From positions 160,001 through 224,000 of the forward strand of contig OY762428.1 in NCBI GenBank assembly GCA_963665665.1: a DNA stretch of 64,000 nt, given 5' to 3'. The translations under genes and the position numbers were made by a program. Positions 41,011-51,163 of this stretch are shown one piece after another. Below the pieces are notes generated by a model. It was not told the origin of the DNA. It was given only the letters and a program-made list of their open reading frames with translations, and made no database searches. The DNA comes from Candidatus Kapaibacterium sp. (lineage in GTDB: Bacteria > Bacteroidota > Ignavibacteria > Kapaibacteriales > UBA2268). Numbering within the stretch: the stretch's first letter is position 1; the number at the start of each line of letters is the position of its first letter.

Positions 41011-44000
41011 TTAATTAGACAGGGATTTTTTTTTGGGAATGATCACAGTAAATTCGGATCCCTGGCCGATTTCACTCTCTATAACAATTCGTGCCCCCAT
41101 TCGGTCGGCACATTTTTTTACAATGCTAAGCCCTAAGCCGGTTCCTTCAACAAGCCCAATATCATTTTTATTTTTATAAAATGGTTTGAATATATTTTTT
41201 CTGTCTTCCTGTGATATTCCGCAGCCCTTATCGCAAACCTGAAAGATAATATAACTTTGATCCTCGAAACAATTTAGATTTATTTCGGAATTATCAGGAG
41301 AAAACTTCCTGGCATTTAGAAGCAAATTAATTAAAATCTGGTGCAATAATTTTGGATCGGTCTCGATAACATCACTACCAAGGTTGAATTTGTGTAAGAA
41401 CTTATGTTTACCGCCATCAATCACTCTTATTTCATCAAGAAGGTCATAACAAAGCATTCTAATATTAACCAAAGACGGCGTATATTCAAGTTCCTGGTCA
41501 GTATTACTGCTAAGCATCATAGTATCTTCAAGCATTTTAATCAAAGCTTTTACGGAACTTCTGATTTTATAAATGTGTTTGTCAACCCCTTCACTTTTAC
41601 CGGAATCAGCTATGATCTTTATCAGCTCGGCCGAGGAAAGAATAATTGTGAGCGGGGTTCTGTATTCATGAGAAATCATATCTATGAACCTGGAACGCAT
41701 TTCGCTTAGTTCTTTTTCTTTATCATAGGCTTTTGTTAGTTTTTTCTGAGCCTTTCTGACTTCCTTTTCAGCCTTTTTCCTTTCAATATTTTCCTGTTTC
41801 AGAACATCAAGTGTAATTTTTAATTTTGCTGTTCTGTCGCTGACCCTTTTTTCAAGATCTTTATTTAGTTTACGAATTTCACGATCTGCTTTTATCTTTT
41901 TTCGGAAATAGATAAAAACAAAAAATCCGGCAAGAATTATTAAAATTGTTAAAGGAATAAAAAACACCGGCTGCATATAAGTCGGATATGGCACCATGAA
42001 ATCCAGGCAGTAGCCCTTTTCCAGATAATTCCCGAATAATCCTTTTGCCTGAACAACAATACTGTGCTCACCGGATGTAAGATCGTAAAGGTTTATATTC
42101 CTGTCGTAATTCCATTCAGTCCAGTCGGCATTGTCCAGCTTGTATCGAACCTGTATCTGATCTGAAGCAAGCTGCCCGAGATAAGCATAAGTATCCCAAC
42201 TGATTGTAACCGAACTTCCGCTCCCCTTAATATCAGAGAAAACAACTACAGGAGCCGGATGATTTTCTTCATCAGTATTTAAAATATTAATACCATTGCC
42301 AAGTGTTCCAATATAAATATCGCCGGAATTAAAATTCAATGGCCATGTTTGTGCAAAACCTAAACCATTTTTCTGATTGAAATGCGAAACGATACCGTTT
42401 TTATAGCTGAAAACTCCGTTTTTTGTTGATATCCAAAGTCGTTTTTTGGTATTATATATTTCCCGGACAAAATATATCCCTTCCTCCATGAAAACCCGGG
42501 GGTAATTGAACTCCTTATCCTGAAGGTATCCAAGGCCTGTGTATTGATCGGTAAACCATATTCCTCCCGTTTGTGTCTCGGTTATAGCAAATACCCTATT
42601 GAACCTCATCCCATTACTTTTATCCCAATGGTAAAAAACGCTATCCTGCCACTTATTCAATCCCTGGCTTGTAGCAAACCAGTAAGAACCGTTGCTATCC
42701 TCGATAAAATCATAAACGCGGTCTCCGTCCATACCATTATCATTGGACCATGAGTAAAAAGTTTTGTCCATATAAAGAAAAGCACCATTACCGGAATCTG
42801 CCTTATCCCTGTTTAGTGTTAAAAACCACAAATTACCTTTGCGGTCTTTCTTGATTTTGTGAACATTAGTATTAAAGAAACCATTTTTTTCATCATAGTG
42901 AGTCCAGTATTTACCATCAAATTTATAGACCCCCATGAAATTTCCGCCACTGCCAACCCAGATATTTCCTTCATTATCCTGATTTATACCTGTAACACCG
43001 GATAGTGACTTGCCTTTCACAAATTCATAAAAAACCGGATTGCTTCTGTTTTTTAAGTCAATCAATCCCTGATCGGTCCCGACCCATAGATTATTTTCTT
43101 TATCAAAGAATATATCGTTAATTAAATTCCAGCCGCTACCATTCTGAAAATTTATATAATCCCATCTTTTCGATGAAAGATTAACAAGATAAAGGTTGTC
43201 TTCGGTTGCTACCCAAAGATTGTTATTCGATGAGAATTTAATGTAAGATGCATTTTTTAATAGTTCCGGCGGATTTTTAAATTCATACCAGTCATTTCCA
43301 TTTTTAAGATAAATTATCCCACCGACAAAAATGAGCACTGCCTGCCCGTCGTTGTTAATATCACCAATAAGAAAAACTCTGTCTGTTTTAATTTTTTGGT
43401 TAATTTCAAGGCCTGATTCAGATATTTCCCAAATACCGGAATACTGATAAGGATAGCCAAGCCAGAAAAAACCCGGATAATTTTTACGCCCGAAAACATC
43501 TGACAATGTAAACGGGTAATCATATTGGTTATCCATGTATTTAACCCAGTTCTCTCCGGTAAACCTGTAAAGCCCGGAATTACCGGTAAACCACATATCA
43601 CCGTTCGAAGCTTTTCGGATATATCTTCTTTTCCTGATGATCTGGGGATTTTCAGGCATGGGAATTACCTGTACATCATCTTTGCCATCATAAAAGAACA
43701 GAAATTCCTCGTTATTACTCTTGTTAAATCCACGCCCCAAATAATACAGGCTATCGTAAATTGTTATTTCATCAACAAAAATTTCTTCAGAATTAATTTT
43801 CAGATTTATGACCCTGATGGTATCTTTATTAACAAAATAGATACTGCCATCATCAGTTCCCATAATTCCGGAACCTCTGTCGGGCATAAAATCCACTAAT
43901 TCCTCGGCAGTAAACCCGGCACTATCTGCTACAACTTCGTGCCAGATGAAATTATCGAACCATGCAAATCCTTTGGGAGTAACCACCCAGAGAGTTTTGT

Positions 44001-44208
44001 CACTGCTTTCAACAATTTTTATCACATTGTTCGACGGAAGGCCTGATTTTAATGAGTAGGAACTCCATCTCCACGCCATTTTCAAATCATCTTCAATATT
44101 TGCTTTTAAAATATTTACTGACATCAGTATCAGAAATACCGTTAATGATAATCTGACTAAATTTTTATAATATTTATCAAAATTATTTATCAATTTGTAA
44201 GAGCCCAA
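41011..44208 (-). CDS. Sensor histidine kinase with extracellular beta-propeller/Y_Y_Y sensor, TM, coiled coil, HisKA and HATPase; no receiver domain (start uncertain)
   Basis: Reg_prop-like repeats (GLPSNNV, DKENNLWVGTDQGL), YKLDNAD...LTSGEH, SHEYRTPL, NLLLNARKF, DKGCGI, GTGLGL. Confidence 0.9.
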   Translation of the reverse strand: MGSYKLINNFDKYYKNLVRLSLTVFLILMSVNILKANIEDDLKMAWRWSSYSLKSGLPSNNVIKIVESSDKTLWVVTPKGFAWFDNFIWHEVVADSAGFTAEELVDFMPDRGSGIMGTDDGSIYFVNKDTIRVINLKINSEEIFVDEITIYDSLYYLGRGFNKSNNEEFLFFYDGKDDVQVIPMPENPQIIRKRRYIRKASNGDMWFTGNSGLYRFTGENWVKYMDNQYDYPFTLSDVFGRKNYPGFFWLGYPYQYSGIWEISESGLEINQKIKTDRVFLIGDINNDGQAVLIFVGGIIYLKNGNDWYEFKNPPELLKNASYIKFSSNNNLWVATEDNLYLVNLSSKRWDYINFQNGSGWNLINDIFFDKENNLWVGTDQGLIDLKNRSNPVFYEFVKGKSLSGVTGINQDNEGNIWVGSGGNFMGVYKFDGKYWTHYDEKNGFFNTNVHKIKKDRKGNLWFLTLNRDKADSGNGAFLYMDKTFYSWSNDNGMDGDRVYDFIEDSNGSYWFATSQGLNKWQDSVFYHWDKSNGMRFNRVFAITETQTGGIWFTDQYTGLGYLQDKEFNYPRVFMEEGIYFVREIYNTKKRLWISTKNGVFSYKNGIVSHFNQKNGLGFAQTWPLNFNSGDIYIGTLGNGINILNTDEENHPAPVVVFSDIKGSGSSVTISWDTYAYLGQLASDQIQVRYKLDNADWTEWNYDRNINLYDLTSGEHSIVVQAKGLFGNYLEKGYCLDFMVPYPTYMQPVFFIPLTILIILAGFFVFIYFRKKIKADREIRKLNKDLEKRVSDRTAKLKITLDVLKQENIERKKAEKEVRKAQKKLTKAYDKEKELSEMRSRFIDMISHEYRTPLTIILSSAELIKIIADSGKSEGVDKHIYKIRSSVKALIKMLEDTMMLSSNTDQELEYTPSLVNIRMLCYDLLDEIRVIDGGKHKFLHKFNLGSDVIETDPKLLHQILINLLLNARKFSPDNSEINLNCFEDQSYIIFQVCDKGCGISQEDRKNIFKPFYKNKNDIGLVEGTGLGLSIVKKCADRMGARIVIESEIGQGSEFTVIIPKKKSLSN

Positions 44209-44855
44209 ACAATAATATTAGTTCCGAATTTTAATGATTCTTCTCTTTTTTCCGGAGAATCGTGGTGTACTTCAGGGTCGGCCCAGCCATCACTTGGATT
44301 GCTCTCGAAGGTATAGAAAACACATAGGCGGCCGTCATTGAATATTCCGAAACTTTGGGGTATTTTATCATCATGTTCATGAATTTTCGGGGCTCCTTTC
44401 GGGAAGGAATAATGGCAATTAAAAATCCCGTGTGAAAAAGGAATCTCAATAAATTCTCTGCCTGGAAATACTTTCTTCATTTCTTTTCTTATATAGCTGT
44501 CAATCCCATAATCATCATCGATATATAAAAACCCTCCGTTTTCAAGATATGCTCTTAACCTTCTTGCTTCATCATCTGAAAATTTCAGGTTGCCATGCCC
44601 GGTAAGATAAATCAGGGGATAAAGAAACAGGTTATCCGAGGCCAGGTCAACATATTCATATACAGGATTAACGTTGATGTTTGTATTAGCTTTTATATAT
44701 TTCAGCAGATTAATTTCTGCCGACTGATCGTTATACCAGTCTCCCCCGCCCTGATATTTCACTCTGGCAAGTTTCACGGCACTTTTTTTTGCCGATACAC
44801 CGGTAAACAGCGATATCGTAAAAAGAATAATTAAAAATATTGCGATTTTTCTCAT
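44190..44855 (-). CDS. DUF4159 domain protein (exported)
   Basis: Signal peptide, KYQGGGDWY, YLTGHG, GGFLYIDDDYG, PKIHEHD, DGW.D. Confidence 0.85.
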   Translation of the reverse strand: MRKIAIFLIILFTISLFTGVSAKKSAVKLARVKYQGGGDWYNDQSAEINLLKYIKANTNINVNPVYEYVDLASDNLFLYPLIYLTGHGNLKFSDDEARRLRAYLENGGFLYIDDDYGIDSYIRKEMKKVFPGREFIEIPFSHGIFNCHYSFPKGAPKIHEHDDKIPQSFGIFNDGRLCVFYTFESNPSDGWADPEVHHDSPEKREESLKFGTNIIVWALTN

Positions 44856-44916
44856 AACTCTCTGTTTATCAAATTTTCAATTCTCTTTACTTAAACGTAA
44901 TAGAATTAAAAAAAAT

Positions 44917-45576
44917 TTAATCCATTGTACAAACAAGTAATTTTTTTTCCTGCTCCGCAAAAGAATTATAACCCACTAATTCAAGCATCTGTTCTTTCAC
45001 TTTTAATCCGGGATTTTTTGCCAGGGCATCATCAATTTCCCTGCTCAGATCTCCGCCCTTTAAGAAAATAAATTTCGTGGATTTTTTCTTAATTTTATTT
45101 GTAAGGGATATAAGTTTTTCAATTCTTGTAACTGCCCTGGCGAAAATAAAATCAAATCCTTCTTTGTAATCCTTTAGTTTATAAATATCTTCGACTCTTG
45201 ATGTTATGGCTTTCATCTTTCTATTTCCGGTATGAGCAGCAAACATAGTAGTCATTTTAATTTTTTTTGCAATTGAATCTACAAGAAGAATATGGAGGTC
45301 AGGCCTTGCAATTCCAATTGGTATACCAGGCAGGCCGCCACCGGTACCAACATCCAGGCATCTGGATTTAAGCGGTATATCAACATATTTGAGCAATGCA
45401 AGGGAATGCAGGATATGTTTTTCAAGAATATTTTCATGATCTTGACGGGATATCATGTTAACCTTTTCATTCCAATATAATAATTCAGAACAATAACGTT
45501 CTACTTGCTCACGTTGTTCCTCTTCAAGTATTATTCCGTTAGCAGAACAAATTGTCCAAAATTCGATTAAATCCAT
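44917..45576 (-). CDS. rsmG: 16S rRNA m7G527 methyltransferase
   Basis: WNEKVNMIS, HILHSL, DVGTGGGLPGIP, DSIAKK, ARAV, LKG. Confidence 0.95.
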   Translation of the reverse strand: MDLIEFWTICSANGIILEEEQREQVERYCSELLYWNEKVNMISRQDHENILEKHILHSLALLKYVDIPLKSRCLDVGTGGGLPGIPIGIARPDLHILLVDSIAKKIKMTTMFAAHTGNRKMKAITSRVEDIYKLKDYKEGFDFIFARAVTRIEKLISLTNKIKKKSTKFIFLKGGDLSREIDDALAKNPGLKVKEQMLELVGYNSFAEQEKKLLVCTMD

Positions 45577-45704
45577 ATAGCAAAGTTTTTTTTATTATCA
45601 AAATCAACAATATTCAATTTAAGTTATTTTTATTAACCTGCAAATTTTAATTAAATTTATTATATTACATAGTAAAGTATTGTAAATTAAATTTTGTTTT
45701 AGTC

Positions 45705-46343
45705 ATGCCCGAATCAAAACCATTTTTTTCAGTAGTCATATCTACAAGGAACAGGAAACAATTGATTCAAAGAGCTTTGAAGTCATTATTGTCGCAAACC
45801 GAAAATGACTGGGAGGTAATCATATCCGACGACGGCAGCAACGACGGTACCAAAGAACTTATCCATAATATGCAACTTGCTGACCCCAGAATCAGATATA
45901 TTCCTCACAATCATGTGGGAGCAGGCCCCTCAAAATCAATAGGGGTAAAGAAAGCCAGAGGAAAATTCATTACTTTTCTGGATTCCGATGATGAATATGA
46001 ATCGGATCATCTGGTAAAAAGAAAAAAAATATTACTTGATAATGATATTCAGCTTTTGCATGGAGGAGCAAAAATTATTGGTAATTCTAAGGTGCCGGAT
46101 ATAAATAATCCGGGAAATAACATTGAAATAAAAAAATGTATAATCGGTGGGACGATGTTCATAAGGGACGATGTTTTCAATATGGTTGGCGAATACTCCC
46201 TGAAGCAGTTCGGAGATGACAGAGACTTCTTTAGCAGAGCAAAAAATGCAGGCCTGAAGATATTTGAAACCAACGAACAAACTTATGTTTACCATAGGGA
46301 TACAGATGATTCGCTGTGTGATAACTATGACGATGAAAAATAA
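45705..46343 (+). CDS. Glycosyltransferase family 2
   Basis: FSVVIST.NR, SDDGSNDGT, FLDSDD. Confidence 0.88.
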   Translation: MPESKPFFSVVISTRNRKQLIQRALKSLLSQTENDWEVIISDDGSNDGTKELIHNMQLADPRIRYIPHNHVGAGPSKSIGVKKARGKFITFLDSDDEYESDHLVKRKKILLDNDIQLLHGGAKIIGNSKVPDINNPGNNIEIKKCIIGGTMFIRDDVFNMVGEYSLKQFGDDRDFFSRAKNAGLKIFETNEQTYVYHRDTDDSLCDNYDDEK

Positions 46344-47005
46344 TGGTTAAAAAATTTTCCGATTCCATACGGGCACAAAAAGCAAGAATGAAAAAGATCA
46401 TCGATATTCTTTCCGGTGAATATCCCGATGTAAAAATCCAGCTTGATTTTAAAACACCACATCAGCTGCTTGTTGCAACAATCCTTTCTGCGCAGTGCAC
46501 TGATGCAAGAGTAAATATGGTTACCAAAGGCCTTTTCAAAAAATACAAGTTGCCATCAGATTTCCTTAAGGTTCCGGTGGAAGAACTGGAAAAAGATATC
46601 TATTCAACAGGTTATTACAAGGCTAAAGCAAAGCATATCCAGCAGGCTACAGATGTTATCGAAAACAAATTCAATGGAGAAGTACCGGGTACAATGGATG
46701 ATCTTCTGTCACTGCCGGGTGTGGGTAGGAAAACAGCTAACGTTCTGCTGGGACACTGCTTCAATATACCGGGTATTGTTGTAGACACTCATGTTATCCG
46801 AATATCTAATCTCCTGGGGTTCGTTGATACCAGGAATGCAGTTGCAATCGAAAAGAAATTAAATCTGATAATCCCTGAAGATCAATGGGTGGTTTTTACG
46901 CATTATTTCATAAACCACGGCCGTAATGTTTGTATTGCCAGAAGGCCGAAATGTGCAGAATGCCAGATATCGCACCTGTGTCCTTCGTCGGGTGTGGGAA
47001 AATAA
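46343..47005 (+). CDS. nth: Endonuclease III
   Basis: LLVATILSAQCTD, HhH LPGVGRKTANV, VDTHV, and the 4Fe-4S motif C-x6-C-x2-C-x5-C. Confidence 0.96.
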   Translation: MVKKFSDSIRAQKARMKKIIDILSGEYPDVKIQLDFKTPHQLLVATILSAQCTDARVNMVTKGLFKKYKLPSDFLKVPVEELEKDIYSTGYYKAKAKHIQQATDVIENKFNGEVPGTMDDLLSLPGVGRKTANVLLGHCFNIPGIVVDTHVIRISNLLGFVDTRNAVAIEKKLNLIIPEDQWVVFTHYFINHGRNVCIARRPKCAECQISHLCPSSGVGK

Positions 47006-47093
47006 CTGATTATTTTGAAACCCTGTCGTTAAGATAGCGTAAATTCAGGTATAAGGCTTGTAAATTATTGATAACAGGGAAAGTACAAAAGTA

Positions 47094-48245
47094 ATGAAAA
47101 AGTTTGTAGTTATATTCATATTCCTCTTTGCTAAAAACATTTACTCTATTGATTATGATATTTCAGGATATATTTATGAATTACCTGTTTATAATACAAT
47201 GCCTGATATTTATAATATCCCGGGAATTGAATACAAGCAGGAATCATTTACCAACCTTACCCGGCTCAGATTAACACCTGAACTTTACATTGGTGATAAC
47301 GGCAAAATTGTTTTACACTACGAAATGAATATGCTTTATTCTGATATGGGGCAGGCCATGTTCGGAAGTATTGGTAAAACAAATCGCCAGGCAGTAAATT
47401 TGAGCAATGAAATAACCCAAAATGGAGATTTCAGCCTTACACATTTCATCGACAGACTTTATTATAAACATACGGCACTAAACTGGGAGTTTGCCTTTGG
47501 ACGGCAAAGAATAGCATGGGGCAGCGGACGTATCTGGCAACCGACAGATCTTTTTAATCCGATTAATCCGGCAAATTTCAGTAAAACAGAAAAAGACGGA
47601 GCCGATGCTGCTTCGATTAAATATTTTATTGGTAATTTTTCAGATATCGAGTTTGTTTACAATTTCAGGGAAAGATGGGAATACGGTAATTTCGGAGCAC
47701 GCTATCGTACTAATATTTCGGAATATGACCTGGCTGCCATTGCAGGATATTTTGATAAAAGAGCCGTTCTTGGCGGCGATTTTGCAGGAAATCTTTTTGA
47801 TGCAGGAGTACGCGGCGAGTTAGTTTATTCATTCAGTAGGGAAACCGAAAATAAGGAATTTGTAAGAGTAATACTTGGAGCGGATTACCAATTTACTCAG
47901 GACGTTTATGCCCTTATTGAATACCAGTATAACGGTGAAGGAACAAATGAAAAATCCGAATACTTTGATAATTTCATGAGGCTGCAAAAAGGAGAAATCC
48001 AAAATCTTGGAAAGAATTACTTAGCGGCCCAATCTACTTACCAGGTACATCCGCTTGTCAGCTCATCCCTGATGCTGATTTCGAACCTCGGAGACGGCAG
48101 CGGAATGCTTCTCGGAAATATCGGCTGGTCGGCGCTGGATAATTTATCTATCGGCATTGGTGCAATGTATGTTTACGGAGAAGACTTCACAGAATACCAG
48201 TTTTATCCTAAATCAGTTTACTTAACCGGAGAATATTTTTTTTAA
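47094..48245 (+). CDS. Outer-membrane beta-barrel (porin-like) hypothetical protein
   Basis: Signal peptide, IDRLY, GRQRIAWG.G..WQPTDLFNP, C-terminal EYFF. Confidence 0.75.
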   Translation: MKKFVVIFIFLFAKNIYSIDYDISGYIYELPVYNTMPDIYNIPGIEYKQESFTNLTRLRLTPELYIGDNGKIVLHYEMNMLYSDMGQAMFGSIGKTNRQAVNLSNEITQNGDFSLTHFIDRLYYKHTALNWEFAFGRQRIAWGSGRIWQPTDLFNPINPANFSKTEKDGADAASIKYFIGNFSDIEFVYNFRERWEYGNFGARYRTNISEYDLAAIAGYFDKRAVLGGDFAGNLFDAGVRGELVYSFSRETENKEFVRVILGADYQFTQDVYALIEYQYNGEGTNEKSEYFDNFMRLQKGEIQNLGKNYLAAQSTYQVHPLVSSSLMLISNLGDGSGMLLGNIGWSALDNLSIGIGAMYVYGEDFTEYQFYPKSVYLTGEYFF

Positions 48246-48269
48246 TAATATAAGTCAGGTAACAAAGTA

Positions 48270-50432
48270 CTACCTCCCCAGCTTTGCCTTTAAATTGGCT
48301 GGTAAAGCTCCTCCAATAGCTTTAAATTTATCGGCATAGTTATTCGCCTTTCCTGTCTGGCCTCTTTGGATGTAAAATGCTATAATGTTCTCGTACGCCG
48401 GGGCATCTGTAGGAAAAAGTTTAATAATATTTTCCAGGTTTTTAAGCGCTTCATTTTTTCGTCCCATTTTATAGAGAATTTCCGTTTTCATGTGATAAGG
48501 AACTGAGGTCTCCGGGAATACTTCAACCATAATATCAGTCAGATCAAGCGCCTGCCTGAACATATTTTTTCCAGTAAGCAGATCAAGTTGAGAATAAACA
48601 ATATCTATGATATTCGCCTGCGTCCTGTTCGCCGAAACCAGCTCCCGGAAATATTCTTCTGCTTTTTTATCATCGCCCTTATAGAAGTTTAGCGTTATTA
48701 ATTGAGGATAAACAGACCATGCATCGGATTTTATTTTCCTGATATTTTCATATTGTTCGATTGCTTTATCATATTCCTTTAGTTTCGCAAAATATATACC
48801 GCTTTTCAAATGCCATTTTACCAGATTCTCTTCATCAGCAGAATTGAGAAGCGGCCTTTCTTCTTTCGCGTAATCAGGATTATCAGGTACGGAAGGCCCA
48901 CCCGTAAGAATTATTCCCATCCTGTCGGTATCAAAAATATCTCCTGAAGCAACAAGCCTTACTTCATCATAGAATTTTGACATTTCCGGGTCTGCTATTT
49001 CATTTCTACCATCATGTATGCTCTCATAGTAGCCTAATGGTAATGAGCGCGACAGGTGCCCCGCCATAAGAATTTTAGAGCTATCCCTGATCGTCATTGG
49101 TAAGTGCGAAAGCACAGGGTCGCAAAGGGCGTAATAATCAATAATTTTCTTCTCAAACCCGGCATAATAGCCAAACATACCAACAGCACCGATAACATAG
49201 ACATCATATTCTGATTCTGATGAGGCTTTTCCCATTTGCGCCCACAGCATATCCGGCTCTCCCCTGCCGGATTTCAAAACAGGGATCAAACCGTTATACT
49301 GGTAAAAAAAAGCTCTTTCATCGCTAATTCCGTCTTCGTTTATATGATTTGTTAAAAGCGGAGAATTGCCCTTGCCATAGCCTGGCCCGGACAATATCGG
49401 AGGAGTATTTGAAATCAATATGGTGATTAATAATATTCCTGCCGGCAGAACATACTGGTATTTTAAAATTTTAACCGGAAGTTTAATATTCGAGTTGAGT
49501 AAAATCAGGACTGACATTAAAAACGGAACTGAGAAAAACCTGCCGGCCATAAAATCACCGCCGATATAAAATATATAGATCATGTATAATGCAATTCCTG
49601 CGCCAAGCAGCCCGATTTCGGATTTCCTGTTTTTTATTAGAGCTTTTATTGAAAAAACAACTATGCTAAAAATTGTTAGTAAGGTAACTGGATCGTTTAT
49701 CAACGATTCTTTAAAATAGGCAAAGGCCACCAGGATTTTCCACGAAAATTCAGTATCGCCGCCCATTTTCGCTATTGCTGTATTCGGGAAAAATGAGCCG
49801 TAGTAGATCAGGGCAAATAATTCCCAGATAATCAAAGGCAGAAATGCAATAATGATCCTGCCAATATATTTGATTGATAAATTATCCCTGATTTTCAGGG
49901 CAAGGAACGGTAAAAATAGTAAAATAAGGTCAGGCCGGTTCAACGCGATCAAAGAAATCAGCAGAAAAGACCAAATATCCTTATTACTGGTATCCGCGCT
50001 GAAACGAATATAAAAGAACAGCGCCATAAGAAAATAGCTGAGAGGATTTTCAAGCCCGGAAGCTGAATACTCGATAAATGACCTTGATGAGATTAAAATC
50101 GCAAAGGCAATAATTGTGAGTGGAAGCCCGGATTTATTCCTGCCCGCAGCAAGCAAAACTGCTCCGAGGGAAAGGATGCCTGAAAAAATGATAGTAGTAA
50201 AATATGGCTCGCCGCTAATAAACTGCAATGGTATATTCACAAGCATCCATAGCGGATGAGTATAGACCTGCACCCTTTCGAATATATTCCACCTTAGCCC
50301 GAATCCGTTAAGGAAATTATCGATAACCCGGAATGTGATATACGCATCGTCATTGACGTAGGCATTCATGATGAAAAGGTATATGAATATAATTGAAGCG
50401 GCAATTAAAAAATAATTCTGCTTTGTTCTCAT
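48270..50432 (-). CDS. GT-C fold glycosyltransferase (AftB-like) with C-terminal TPR repeats
   Basis: DDAYITFR, ERVQVYTHPLW, SGLENPL, RPD, YYGSFFPNT, GGDFMAGRF, GISDER, GH; helical TPR-like C-terminus. Confidence 0.82.
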   Translation of the reverse strand: MRTKQNYFLIAASIIFIYLFIMNAYVNDDAYITFRVIDNFLNGFGLRWNIFERVQVYTHPLWMLVNIPLQFISGEPYFTTIIFSGILSLGAVLLAAGRNKSGLPLTIIAFAILISSRSFIEYSASGLENPLSYFLMALFFYIRFSADTSNKDIWSFLLISLIALNRPDLILLFLPFLALKIRDNLSIKYIGRIIIAFLPLIIWELFALIYYGSFFPNTAIAKMGGDTEFSWKILVAFAYFKESLINDPVTLLTIFSIVVFSIKALIKNRKSEIGLLGAGIALYMIYIFYIGGDFMAGRFFSVPFLMSVLILLNSNIKLPVKILKYQYVLPAGILLITILISNTPPILSGPGYGKGNSPLLTNHINEDGISDERAFFYQYNGLIPVLKSGRGEPDMLWAQMGKASSESEYDVYVIGAVGMFGYYAGFEKKIIDYYALCDPVLSHLPMTIRDSSKILMAGHLSRSLPLGYYESIHDGRNEIADPEMSKFYDEVRLVASGDIFDTDRMGIILTGGPSVPDNPDYAKEERPLLNSADEENLVKWHLKSGIYFAKLKEYDKAIEQYENIRKIKSDAWSVYPQLITLNFYKGDDKKAEEYFRELVSANRTQANIIDIVYSQLDLLTGKNMFRQALDLTDIMVEVFPETSVPYHMKTEILYKMGRKNEALKNLENIIKLFPTDAPAYENIIAFYIQRGQTGKANNYADKFKAIGGALPANLKAKLGR

Positions 50433-50447
50433 CGAATTCGTTTCTGA

Positions 50448-50525
50448 TTGTTAATACAAACATAATCCAATTATTTGTTAATACAAACATAATCCAATTA
50501 TTTGTTAATACAAACATAATCCAAT
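50448..50525. repeat. 27-bp tandem repeat (2.9 copies) TTGTTAATACAAACATAATCCAATTAT
   Basis: Exact copies at 50448 and 50475, and a 24-bp partial copy at 50502. Confidence 0.92.
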
Positions 50526-50720
50526 ACAATCCCCGCCTTTCAAATGGAGAAAGCTGAATGGTTTGTACATTTTCTATTGACAGATTTTAAATTGGCAATA
50601 GTCAGTTACTCCAATAACAATCTTAATGGGAAAAGGTCTCAGGATTATTTTTTTTATATTGAAATTATTGGAGAATCACGATATTGTAATCGAAACAATA
50701 TTTAAAATTTTGATAAAAAA

Positions 50721-51038
50721 TTATAAGATTTTGATGCCGGTCCTTATGATTTCAGAAACAAAAGGATTATCTGAAATAAATTCTTCCGGCCTGTAGATAT
50801 GAGTTTCAATATCAACACTGGTTGCCAACTTCGCGCGAATGAGTTTATCATTATCCCAATAAATATTTCATTCAAAATCATCGGAAATTACTGCAATATC
50901 AATATCGCTATACTCATTTGAATTTCCATTTACGCGTGAACCAAAAAGAAAAATACTATCAATTGCGATATTATCTTTACCTGCTTCTATGGCAAATTTC
51001 CTGATTAAATTTATTATATCATTAGGGATTTTATCCAA
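50721..51038 (-). pseudogene. Minimal nucleotidyltransferase (MNT) with an in-frame TGA at codon 57
   Basis: Manual translation gives MDKIPNDIINLIRKF...IFLFGSRVNGNSNEYSDIDIAVISDDFE*NIYWDNDKL...DIETH.YRPEEF..DNPFVSEIIRTGIKIL. GS..DxD motif present; AAGGA RBS. Confidence 0.85.
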
Positions 51039-51100
51039 TTGTATTTTTCCTTTATTATGTCAAAAGTCTTTTAGTGTTTAATAGAAAATCTCCTTATAGG

Positions 51101-51135
51101 AAAAAAAAACGCCCGAACAATGATATCCGGGCGTA
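51101..51135 (-). terminator. Intrinsic terminator after nuoF
   Basis: acgcccg...cgggcgt stem with A9 on the + strand (U run on the minus strand). Confidence 0.7.
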
Positions 51136-51163
51136 TTCTGAATAATTTTATTTCACTGCATCT

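Noticed and set aside
41404-43899. Short ORFs within the sensor kinase, and similar nested ORFs in other long genes
   Set aside because: Shadow ORFs fully overlapping well-supported CDSs.
50544-50705. 53-aa plus-strand ORF (MEKAEWFVHF...) as a possible toxin partner of the MNT
   Set aside because: Opposite strand to the MNT, too short, and no HEPN Rx4-6H motif.
50868-50870. Selenocysteine or alternative genetic code at the MNT TGA
   Set aside because: The position is not Cys-like, no convincing SECIS hairpin follows, and many genes here end in TGA (for example at 13300, 14791 and 23238).
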